A DNA stretch of 63,222 nt, filler included, from Chrysochromulina tobinii (Eukaryota): the NCBI GenBank assembly GCA_001275005.1. It is 6 parts of 6 records of this genome, joined end to end, with 100 filler letters (N's around TTAATTAATTAA, not from the genome) between each part and the next. Parts side by side here need not be neighbours in the genome. Positions count along the whole stretch, not along the records: positions 50,658 to 57,599 come from JWZX01000574.1; positions 57,700 to 63,222 come from JWZX01000575.1; 4 more parts are not named here. One strand, written 5' to 3'. This document shows, one piece after another, positions 51,106 through 62,000 of this stretch (within the stretch, counting starts at the first letter, position 1; each line of letters starts with the position of its first letter). Position numbers and translations under genes: made by a program. Under the pieces are notes generated by a model. That model saw only the letters and a list, made by a program, of their open reading frames with translations. It was not told where the DNA came from and did not search any database.

Positions 51106-54100
51106 GGGCGGCAGCGGCGTCGTCGTGGGCGTCGTCATCATGCGCGTCGTCATCTTGCGCGTCGTCGTGGGCGTCGAGCAGCCGAAGGCCTTCCCACAGC
51201 GACGTGGCCTCGCTGAAGATCAACCCAATCCCAACGTCGCTGTGGGAAAGCCGAAGGCCAATCCCAACGTCACTGTGGCTCTCGGTGCGGCCACTCCCCA
51301 CAGCGGCGTGCGTCCTGTTCACACTGCGCGCATCGGAGGCGCCGGCGTTCACACTGCGCGCATCGGTGGTGCCGGCGTTCGCGTCGGCGGCGGCCGCCAT
51401 CGCGGCGGCAGTGGTGACGGCGGCATCGAGCGCAATTAACGGCCCGAGCCCAAGGCAGCGCTCGTGTTCGAGGGCACGGAGCAGTTCGCGCCATCCGCGC
51501 GCCGCGCACCTGTGGGGAGAGGTGGAGCGCTGTGGTGAGCACTTGCATGCAGAGGGCACGGAGCAGTAGGCGCCGTCCGCGCACTCATGCTGAATTAGGG
51601 AGGCAATCAGATGGCAATCAGTGGCACTCAGTGGCACTCAGTGGCACTCAGAGGCACCTCTCGCACTCATGCTGCCGCGCCGTCAGCGAGCTCGCAAGCG
51701 AGCTCGCCGCTGCCCCATCGAACGTAACGCCCGCGTCGAGGCGCGTCGTGGCGGGCGCGACGAGGCGCGGCGGCGGGGAGAGCGCCGTGGTGGGCAGCGG
51801 CGACGCCCGAGCGAGGAGCTGCGCCTCGAGCTCGATCTCGAGGACGAGATCGAGTTTCGTCTCGATGAGGGTCCGCAGCGCGCCCGCCCATTTGCGCGCC
51901 GCGGTGCTGGCCGCATCGCGCACCTCGGCGTGCGCACGCTGCACCGCCTCCGCCTGCATCAGCATGTGCAGCTGCATGGGAGTGTCGCACAGGAGCAACG
52001 TCGGTACCGGTACGCTCGTGCCGCCGCCCTCGGTACCGGTACGCTCACGAGGGCGCTCAGGCGTCGTGCTGGGCGTTGTGCTTGGCGGCGGGCTGCGTGC
52101 AGGCGTCGTGCCTGGCAGGAGGTCGGGCGGTGTTGGGATGCGCGAGGTGCTCGGTGGCGACTGTAAGGGCATGGAGGGTGGCGACTGTACTCGATCAGGT
52201 GTTCTAGGGGGTGGCACGGACGCCGGGGGCAAGCTCGACGCCGTGTCGGCAACGGTCGATGGCGCCGCCACCTCAACGGCCGCCGCATCAGTGCCCAGGT
52301 CGCGCCCAACACGGCGCTGTGGAGTGGACGGCGGCGTTGCGAGCGCGGCGCCCACGGCAGCGCGCACCAGCGCGGCAGCTCGAGGGCCAGCAGCGTCCAA
52401 CTCGCTGTGAATGAGCCGCTGTGAATGAGCCGCTCCAATGGCGTCCCACTCGCTGCTTGGAGCCAGCCCGGAGGCCGGCCAGGCGCTCGGTACGGCGCTC
52501 GGTACGGCGCTCGGTACGGCGCTCGGCATGACGCTCGAGGCGGCGCTCGGGCCGGCGCTCGGTACGGCGCTGGGGACACGGAAGCCGAGGGCATCAAACC
52601 CGGCTGACGGCGTCACACGCGCGGGCGCGCCGAGATGGGCACCCGGCAGCATGGGAGGTGGCACGGGCGGCAGGCTGCCTGCGGAACTAGACAGCGAAGC
52701 GGGCGAGTTGTGAGCGCCGGGCCCTCCACGCGCCGTGTTGGGCACATTGCGCGCCGTGTTGGGCCTATCGCGCGCCGTGTCGGGCCCATCGCGCGCCGTA
52801 TCGGGCCCCAGGTTGAGCAGCTCGGCCCAGAGGTCGCCCGACGGCCCCCGGGTGTGAATGAGCCTGTGAATCAGGGGCGTGGCGGTGGCGGGGCGCTGGT
52901 CCGCGAGGGCGTAGAGGACGGCGAGCACGAGGGACGCGGAGGCATGGGGAAGCGCGAGCGGCGCGCAGAGCTTGAGGAGGAGCTGGGCGGGCAGCGCGAG
53001 CGGCGCTGTGTCGAGCGCGCGCGCGCCGTCCCTCCAGCCGGCTCGAATGGCGGCGATCAGCCACTGGAGAACCATACGCAGCGTGGCCGGCTCGGAGGTG
53101 AGCACTGCAAGGGGCACCCTTTGGCTGGCCGACGAGCGTGTGATACCGGGCGTCCCCCCCCCACCGGGCATTCCCCCCATACCGGGCGTCCCCCCCCCAC
53201 CGGGCATTCCCCCCATACCGGGCGTCCCCCCCCCACCGAGCATTCCCCCGGCCTCGACATGCAAAGGGGTCGAGAGAGCTTGACAGAGGGACACGAGAGC
53301 CCCCACAGTGTGCGACGCCGCGCAAACCGTAACGCCCGCATCCCCCACAGCCAGGCCGCTTGCACCTGGTATGGGGGGAACGCCCGCATCCCCCACAGCC
53401 AGTCCGCCCACGTCGTCCAGGCCGAGGGCTCCGCCAGCGAGCCACACAGAGTGTGAACGGAGCCACACAGAGTGTGAACGGAGGAGGAGCTGGTCGAGGC
53501 AGTTCAACAAGGGTGCCAGGTTCATCCAGAAGCACGAGGACGCGCCGCTGTCGGGCGCCGTACCGGGCGCCGAGGGGCCCACGCCCTGCAAATGGTCCGC
53601 CGACGAGCTGCGTGAAGGAGAGCCGCCCTTGACCGGAGTGCCCCAAGGAGTGCCTGAACAGGTGGCGCAATTAGGGATGCAATCAGTGGCAATCAGAGGC
53701 AATTAGGGAGGCAATCAGTGGCACTCACCTGAACAGGAGGCGCTTGGCGCATGCAATTAGGGAGGCAATCAGTGGCACTCACCTGAACAGGAGGCGCTTG
53801 GCGCATGCAATTAAGGAGGCAATCAGTGGCACTCACCTGAACAGGAGGCGCTGGGTGAAGCTTCGTGGCTCCACGAGGTGCGCGCGCCGTACTGGGCGCC
53901 CGACGCGGCGCCCGGGCGCGGCAGCTCGCCCGAGTGTCCTCGCGCGCCGTACTGAGCGCTCGACGCGGCGCTCATCGATGGGCGCGGCAGCTCGCCCGAA
54001 TGTCCTCGGGAGTCAGGCGCGGCAAAGGGCGGCAGCTCGCCCGCCTTGAGCTGCGCCTCGATGGAGGCGAGGAGGCGGCAGCCGAGAAGGAGGAGCACGT

Positions 54101-57100
54101 GCGATGTGAGCGCCGGCGTGTTCGCGCGCTCATTAAAGAGGTGATGGAGGAGCGGCAGCAGTTGCCAGCCGTTGGGACGCTCGAGCGAATGACGAAGCAG
54201 CTGAGCGAGGAGACGAAGGCTGAGGCGCGCCGCATGCTCCTGCTCTGCGCCCGCGACGGCGCCCGCATGCTCCTGCTCTGCGCCCGCGACGGCGCCCGCG
54301 TGCTCCTGCTCTGCGCCCGCGACGGCGCGTGCGCTTGGGGGCACGCAGCGCAGCAGTAGACTCACATGGACTCTTCCAAAGTTCACCAGAGGCGTCACCG
54401 AGGCCGCCACCTCGGCGCCCGGTACGGCGCCTGTCACCTCGGCGCCCGGTACGGCGCCCGGTGGTTTCGGAGCGGTAGTGGGAGGGCTGGTGAGCGTCGA
54501 GCCGATACGGCGCGCGACCTCGAAGAGATGAACGACACACAAGCTGTCCTTGAGAAGGAGAGCGGCGCTCAGCGTCCCGTGGTGTGCCCACAACGGCGCG
54601 TGGCGTGCCTGCCCGCCGTGTGTGCTGCTGCTGCTCACGCCGGCGCTGCTCACGTAGGCGATGCCGCCGCTGCTGCTGCTGCCCACGACGGCGCGCCCGT
54701 GTCCATGCGACGTGGGCGCCGTGGTGGGCGCCGATGCGAAGTAGCCGGCGCTCGCCCACATCGCGGCGGAGCTGCGCGGGGCCTCGGTGGAGCTGCCCAC
54801 GACGGCGCGCCCGTGTCCATGCGACGCCTCGGTGGAGCTGCTAGTGCTGCCGCTGCCACTGGCGGCTCCGTAGGCGCCCGCGACGGCGCCGCTTGCCACA
54901 GATGACGGTAGAGGCGGTAGGGGTGGTAGGGATGACGGAGGCAAGGGCGGGGGCGCCGTCTCGGGCGGCAGCGCGGGCGTTGTCGCGGGCGGCAGCGCTG
55001 TCTTTCGCGGCTCGTCCACGTACTTGAGAAGGGCGTGGAGGATGTGGCACTGCACGAGGGGTGGGGCGGCGGGGAGCGCACCGAGCAGCACCGAGGGGAT
55101 GGCCGCCCGAATGAGCTCGAGACGGCGCTCGAGCTCGGGACGGCGCTCGAGCTCGGGAGGGCGCTCGAGCTCGGGACGGCGCCCGTCTGGATCGCTCGTC
55201 GAGGCGGCGAGCTCGGGACGGCGCTCGGTGGCGAGCAGCAGCAGGGCCGTCGCCACACCGAGCGGCTCACTGAGCGGCGCCGTGTTGGGCGCCTGCACGC
55301 GCGTCCAGCTGGGGATGCGGGCCACGAGCCACTCCTCCGCCTCCAGCTCCTCCGCCGCCAAGCTCACCTCGAGCGGTGCCACACGAAAGTAGGCGACGAG
55401 CGCGCCGAGCGCTGCCTCGAGCACATCGGTCGTCAGCGGCGGCGGCGGCGGCACGTCGCGCGCCGTACCGAGCACCTCGGGCGCCGTGTCGAGCACCTCG
55501 GGCTGCAGCTGGGCCAGTAGCAAATGAACGCCGCCTCGTAGAGCAAGCGCGGCCAGCACACGCTGCGCCGTCGGCGGCGCCAACGGCTCTTCTCTCGAGG
55601 CGCGCTCGGGACGGCGCTGGGCCGCCCCCTCTCTCGTGGCGCGCTCGGGACGGCGCTGTGACGGCTCCTCTCTCGAGGCACGCTCGGGACGCCCCTTGGT
55701 GGCGCTCGGGACGGCGCTCCCCCTCCCTCTGGCCGCCGAGACTTCATCCGATCCCGAGAGGGGCGCCGTCCCGGGCAGGGGCGCCGTCCTGGGCAGGGGC
55801 GCCGTCCTGGGCAGGGGCGCCGTCCCGGGCAGGGGCGCCGAGGCAGACGGGCGGCTCGGCGTCGACATGTGACGCGCGAAGGCACCGCCGCCCCCACCCA
55901 ATCTCCCGCCCGCCAGATCACCCCCCTCACCGTCCCCGCGGAAAGTGCCCAACTCGGCGCCACCAGCGCCACCACCACCAGCGCGCGCCGCGTCGTCGTG
56001 GGCGCTCGTCAGCCAAGCTTCGAGCAGCCCAAGGAGCGGCACGCGCAGCAGCGTCGTCGTGGGCACGCGTGTGTCCGTGAGCCACGTCAGCACGAGATGA
56101 ACGTCCGCGTCCGAGGGCGGTAGAGCGCCAGCGAGCTCGGCGAAAGCGAGGAAGACGTTCTTCAACCCAGCGCCAGCGTCCACGCCGCCGCTGCCGCTGC
56201 CGCTGCCGCCGCCGCTGCCGCCGCCGCCGCCGGTGCCGGTGCCGGTGCCGGTACCGGCCTCAGTACTGCTGAGCGCCGTGCTGAGCGCGAGGCTGCGTAG
56301 CCCGTTGAGGAGGAATCGGACGGTGACGTGGGCGCGGAGGGTCGCGCTCGGGACGGCGCTCGGCACGGCGGCCTTGGTGCCCACGACGGCGCCCACGAGG
56401 GGGAGCGGCGAGGTGGGCGCAGATCGCGCCGCGCTCGGTGCGAATCTCGGCGACAATCTCGGTGACAATCCGAGCCGCTCCCCGAGCAATCTCAAGTGGG
56501 CGAGCTGCGCCTCCGGGCACGCGCGCGCCCAGATGCGCAGGTCGCACAGGATGCCGACCTCGAGCTGCTCGGTCAGGTTGGCCTCGGCGAGGGGTGGTCT
56601 CGCCTCTCGCCCTTGATAGCCCACGCTCAGGTCGAGCACCTCGGACCACGCCGCCGGGGCGCCGTGCTGGGCACCGCCCGCGCCACTGGCCGCGCCGTGG
56701 TGGGCGCCGCCCGAAGCAGCGCCGCCGCCCAACACGACGCCGGCGGATCGCTCGCGCACGAGCGCGAGGAGCTCGCGCGTCGCGGTCGCCTCGTCGAGCA
56801 ACGCCGCGAGGTGCTCGACCGCGACGGCGCTCAGCTGGCGGGCCGGCACGCGGAGGAGCAGCCAGCTGAGGAGCGCGGCGCCGTCCTGGGCGGGGCGGGC
56901 GTGCGAGCGCGTTGTAGTGAGCACTTGCAGGCAAGGCAGGTCATCAGTGGCAATCAACGGCAATCAACGAACCTGGTGGAGCTTCGAGCTCGGCCGCAGG
57001 TCATCAGTGGCAATCAGTGGCAATCAACGAACCTGGTGGAGCATGCATGCATGTGCAACGGGGCGATGCCATAATAGGGCGCGAAGCATGCGCAACAGCT

Positions 57101-57599
57101 CGACGAGGGCGCCGTCTCGAGCGAGGGCGCCGTCTCGAGCGAGGGCGCCGTCTCGAGCGAGCGCCGAGTCGGTATCCTTCTCCAGCCCGCTGCTGCCGCT
57201 GCTGCTGCCTGCTGCTGCTGATTTGCCGCCGCCGCCGCCGCCGGCAGTGGCCGCCTGCTGCTGCTGCTGCTGCTTGAGCATCCACTCATCCAGTTGGAGA
57301 CGTCCCATGAGCAGGAGGGGTACACGGAGGCCGCCGATGGCATTGATGGCGTCGCGCGCGTCGCGTCGCCTCTCGAGGAGCACGGGTGCGATTGCATGCA
57401 CGGGTGCGATTGCATGCACGGGTGCGATTGCATGCACGGGTGCGATTGCATGCACGGGTGGGAGCACAGCGGAAAGCGCCTCAGGAGGCACCGCCGCTGA
57501 CGAAACTGCCAGAGCTGGGTGTGAAGGAGGCGCTGGGTGTGAAGGAGGCACCGCCGCTGACGAAACTGCCACAGCTGGGTGTGGATCCTTCACACCCAG
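50658..57599 (-). CDS. Internal fragment of a BEACH-family (neurobeachin/LRBA-like) protein; exons >57599-57033, 56885-53837, 53653-51667, 51509-<50658
   Basis: RDAINAIGGLRVPLLL, ILCDLRIWARA and WRLDPWEGP...RMRLKMRR are motifs typical of the region upstream of PH-BEACH. Three GT-AG introns join four ORFs in frame. The BEACH domain itself is not in the contig. Confidence 0.68.
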
Positions 57600-57699
57600 N
57601 NNNNNNNNNNNNNNNNNNNNNNNNNNNNNNNNNNNNNNNNNNNTTAATTAATTAANNNNNNNNNNNNNNNNNNNNNNNNNNNNNNNNNNNNNNNNNNNN

Positions 57700-58939
57700 G
57701 CGCGAGACGAGCTTTCACCTCGGCCCTGTCGATGATTTCGAGCGGCGGTTGGTGGAAGTCGGCCACCACACAGCACGGCCCGTGATCAAGAGTGCAGTCC
57801 CAGACGCGGCCGCGCGCCCACTCTTGGAATTCTGATTGGCCTATGGCGATAGGGCCCGGGCGGTCCCGTACAACGGAGCCAGGGGGCACGCCGCGGGCTA
57901 GCTCGCTGCGGATATGGGCAAGATCCCGGAGTTGATGGTCGAGCCAGCCCCGGAGACGCGCAGCGCCCGCCGGGGTGAGCAGCTCGAGGGCGTCCTTAGG
58001 GCAGGGCGGCGCCACGAGAGGGGCGCTCGGCTGCTCGGGCGGGAGTGGGTACCAGGCGGTGACGAGGGGGCGCAGGACCGGGCTGAGCAACACGTCGTCC
58101 AGTCGGGCGTCCGTAAAATCGGGCAGGGCCTCGAGCAGGTACGCAGGGATCTCGCCAATCGCCAGGGGCGTGATGCGATCAATCCAGCCCTCTAGTAGCG
58201 GGTCGTCACCCTCGAGCTCCAGGGCGCGACGTAGAGCCGCATCCGCAAGGGTAGCGGAATGCAAGGCGCGAGCTGCTGCGCCCGCACGAGGGTGGTCGGG
58301 ATCGGGGCGCTGCTGAAGGCTCCGGAGTTTGGTGACGCCGAACGAGAATTCCACTGCCGCTGAGGATGAGATGTCCAGGGGTTTCGCGTGCGGAGACTGA
58401 AACATGCGGCAGGAAAGAGCGGCACGCGCGGCAGGGTCGCCCAACGGCACGTCCGCCAGTGCGGCGAGTGCGCACCAAACGAAGCTCGCTCCGGCTGAGA
58501 AAGCTCGGGCCCGAGCGGCCGGCGAGCGCACAATGGCCGTGAGAGGCGGGGCAAAGTCGACCGGGACCGCAAAGAGCATAGCGCCCGAGGCATATTGCCC
58601 GATCATGAACGGCAAGTAGAGGGTCGAGGAGACGATGCGGCCACAGAGCTCACTGATCATGCGCATGGCTTGGGGCCTCGAAGTGTCGGGGGCCGGAAGG
58701 ATCAGCCCTGCGCTGATGAAGCCGTTAGCGTGCGCTAAAATGAGCGGCTCGGCGAGTGCACAGATGAAAATGAGGATGGCGATCCCTGCTGCGTACTCTT
58801 TGACGTCGACCGTTTGGTCGTCGGGCAGTGCGAGAACTGCCGCAGAACAATCCTGAGTCCCTGTTTGGGTTGGGTGGGTGGGATATGTCATGTGGTCAGC
58901 TGGGCTGACGGTCATGTGGTCAGCTGGGCTGACGGTCAT
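57700..58939 (-). CDS. Second ORF of the putative element, 3'-truncated, function unassigned
   Basis: More than 410 codons open up to the linker; ends in WARGRVWDC...IDRAEVKARLA. Confidence 0.55.
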
Positions 58940-59009
58940 GTGGGTCAGCTGGGCTGACGGTCATGTGGGCCAGCTGGGCTGACGGTCATGTGGGCCAGCT
59001 GGGCTGACG
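58887..59009. repeat. Five tandem 24/25-bp repeats GTCATGTGG(G)YCAGCTGGGCTGACG
   Basis: Unit lengths 24, 24, 25, 25, 25; internal inverted repeat GTCAGC-TGG-GCTGAC. Confidence 0.9.
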
Positions 59010-59071
59010 CGTTTGGGCGACACAGCGTGGGTCCATTCTGGCCGCTGCGCGCGTGCATCAGCTGCAGGTTC

Positions 59072-62000
59072 TCATATGGCTGCTGGGCAGCATGTGTGCT
59101 CAGCGCAGTGGGCGACTCTAGTCCTTTTCAGGTTCGAGTGCGGCCGCCTATGGCGGTGGCTCAGGGCGCCGTAACAAGCAATATGGTAGTGCTGATCGTG
59201 GTACTCGACGGCTGTCAGAGTGCAAGGCTGGAAGCGCTCGAGACTATCGGGTGCTAGGTCGCCAGAGCCATCGTCCCCTCCGCAGTCGCCGTAGGGGGCG
59301 TGAAGGGGCTCAACCAGTGGCGGGCGCCGGCGGTCACCTGGGCCGCGGACTTCTTGATAGTTTCGCCATTCTGGACTAGTCGGTTGCGCGTCTGGGTTGA
59401 GGTAATCAGCGGGCACTGGGTGTCCGCTGCCGTACCAGTTGGCGGCAAAGCAGGTGATGAGAGCGACGTAATCAGGCGCCTTGGCGCTATCCACGCTGGC
59501 CAAGTTGACTAGGGCTTGGCAGGTCTTCACGTGGGGCGTCCAAGAGCTACGTGCGCGGTCGCGTGCGTCGGGGTTTGGGTACTCGAGATGGCTTAAGCGT
59601 TGCGCTTGACGGCACTCGGGATGCGTAGTCGGCGGCAACTGTGCATTTCGAACTGCGAGGCGTATGAATTTGTCGTGTTGCCCTGGATCCCCGTATTGGC
59701 TTGTGCGAAATTCGCAGAGCGAGGCGAATTCGGTAACGTCGATATAGTCGTACACGAGTGTGTCTGGCTGCTCCACGACGACAACATCGGCGTTTGGGCA
59801 CGCGAGGCACCAGAGCACCATGGCCGCCGCCCAGAAGGCACGGCAGTCATCGATTTTGAACGGCAGGCACTGTTCGTCGCCCCGCAAGTGTTGAAAACAG
59901 TTGGGGAAGAAATAAGCACGCTCCCAGTGGCGAAGGCCGACGATGTCTCGCACGTCACCGCGGTAGTGAGGGAAGCAGTGAAGCGCAGGCCGGAGATCGC
60001 AAGAGATAGTGCTAAACCCTGCGGTCTGGAGGGCGCCAGCTAGCGCACCGGAGAATTCGCACGCGACTAGAACGGTGGGTGCGTCAGCACCACGAAGAAG
60101 GAGGCGGACCTCATCAAGGTTGAGCGACGGCGAAGGATGCGACGTAGGCTGTTGAGCAACTGCAGAGGCGGCTAGGTCGGAGGTCACCACCGCAACCAGG
60201 TGGCGCCCTATCCACATGCCAACCTCGAGGAGGGCGACAGGGGCGGAGTCGCAGGGTAAGATGACGCCGAGGTCTCCGACGGTGCTGAGGTCATCAACAG
60301 TGTGAATGTAGATGGCGACGCGGTAGCAGTCGGCGGCGACTTGTAGAAAGGCCAAGTCCGTCCAGGATGCGGGTTTGGCAATGTTGTGGCACCAGGCCTC
60401 GACGGTGTGCATCAGAGCGCCGGGAGAGTGGCCGAGGTCGTCCGCAAGACATCGAAGGATGAGGCCTTCGAGCGTGTAGAAGCGATCTTGGTTGTCACGG
60501 AACCGCGTGCATCGAGACCGATGGGCAGGTGCGAGGGCATGTTGGACCACAGCCTGGCGAAGCTGAGGGCCGTCGACCGTAGCACTACCCACCAAACCGA
60601 GCAGGTAGCCGAGAGTGTTGGGGCCGCATTGGCCCTGACCGCCACAGTCGACTATGAATTTGTTGTTCATGCTCAGAGTGCCTGCGAGAGTTTTGAGCGG
60701 AGACTGCAGCTCGCGCAGGTTGGTGGCCATAAGAGGATTTCTCGTTGCAGTAGGTAGCGTCCTCAGGAGCAGCGATAGGTTCGCGTCGATAGCTAAGTCG
60801 TCGTTGATGTCCCCAAAGCTGAGGCTGAAGTTCCGAGGCGCCGGAGGGTTGAGCCTGGGTTGCAGGCCGCCGACAGGGGGCTCTCCCTGGGGCGGCTGCT
60901 CAAAATGCGGCTCGCCATCGAGGTTGGCGGGAGGTTCGAACCGAATCATCCGCTTAGCCTCGCCATCCACAGGCACCCGCTGAGCCAAGACCTGCGCGCG
61001 CAGGGCGGGGCTGGACTGCTTAGGGTCAGGCTGGTCATGGTCGGCTAGACGGCGCTTGAGGGATTCGAGCTCTGCGAGGACGGTTGCCATCTCGGGGTCA
61101 CCCTGCGCTCGCCCGCCTTGGCGGCCGCGGCCGCGACCACCTTCGCCGCGGCCTCGCCCGCCTTTGCCCCGGCCGGCGCCGCGACCTTGGCCGCGGCCTT
61201 GGCCCTTGCCCTCTGGTATTTTAATGAGGCCGGCGGTTTGCTCAGGCGTAGCGGCCCTTGCAAACAACCTCACCATGGCCTCGCGATCGATAGCGTCGAG
61301 AAGAGCGTGGTGTGCAGAGTCGGGATTCTCGTGACCGGCCTGATTAGACGCGCCACAGCGGGCCATGCGGTTCTTGTCGGCACAACCGGCGAGAATGAAC
61401 GGCCAGCAGGGTGCCCCTACGCCTCGAGCCGGCACGCCCAGGTGCTTAGCCAGGCCAGGTACATTCCAGCAGAGGCCACTGATGACCAGCTCGTGCTTGT
61501 GCCACTTCCACGACTTAGACAGCGAGCCCGGCGGCAAGCCGGCGTCGGCACCGGCAGGTGGAGCGGGATCGCCGACGAAATCGAGGAAGTCAGCTCCAAA
61601 GGAGAGTGAACCAGCAGCGTCACCCACCTTTGGCTTCTTCGAGAGGGCCTTTAGGTAGTCTGTGAAGAACTGGTCATCGAGGCGTAGAGTCTCCCAGTTG
61701 GCTATCGCGGGCTTGCCATCGTGTGTCTTGAAGGCGCCGGCCATGTCGCCTCGGGCATTGCGCTTGCGCGAGATCTCCGTGCTCAGCGAGGTTAGATCTT
61801 GAATCACGGAACCGTCCGGCGGAAAGATGAACGCTTGCATAGTGCGCGATGAAGGGTCAGGATCCCGCACCAGGGAGGTGAGGCGTTGGCGCATAGCGGT
61901 AAGGGCGTTCTCAAAGATCCTGACGCAGGCCGCGATATGGAGGTACTGGTCGAGAAGGAGGGGGAGGCCGGCTGCGAGCTTCAACTTCGTGATGTAGAAG

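Noticed and set aside
53669..53763. TTAGGG hexamers (also ~51595) suggesting telomeric repeats
   Set aside because: They are isolated copies that form part of the CCCTAATTGC variant of the intronic 10-mer, not a telomere array.
12626..57699. Recurrent TTAATTAATTAA palindrome, and gene neighbourhoods spanning it
   Set aside because: It is an identical N-flanked 100-nt spacer and so an artificial contig joiner. Adjacency across it has no biological meaning.
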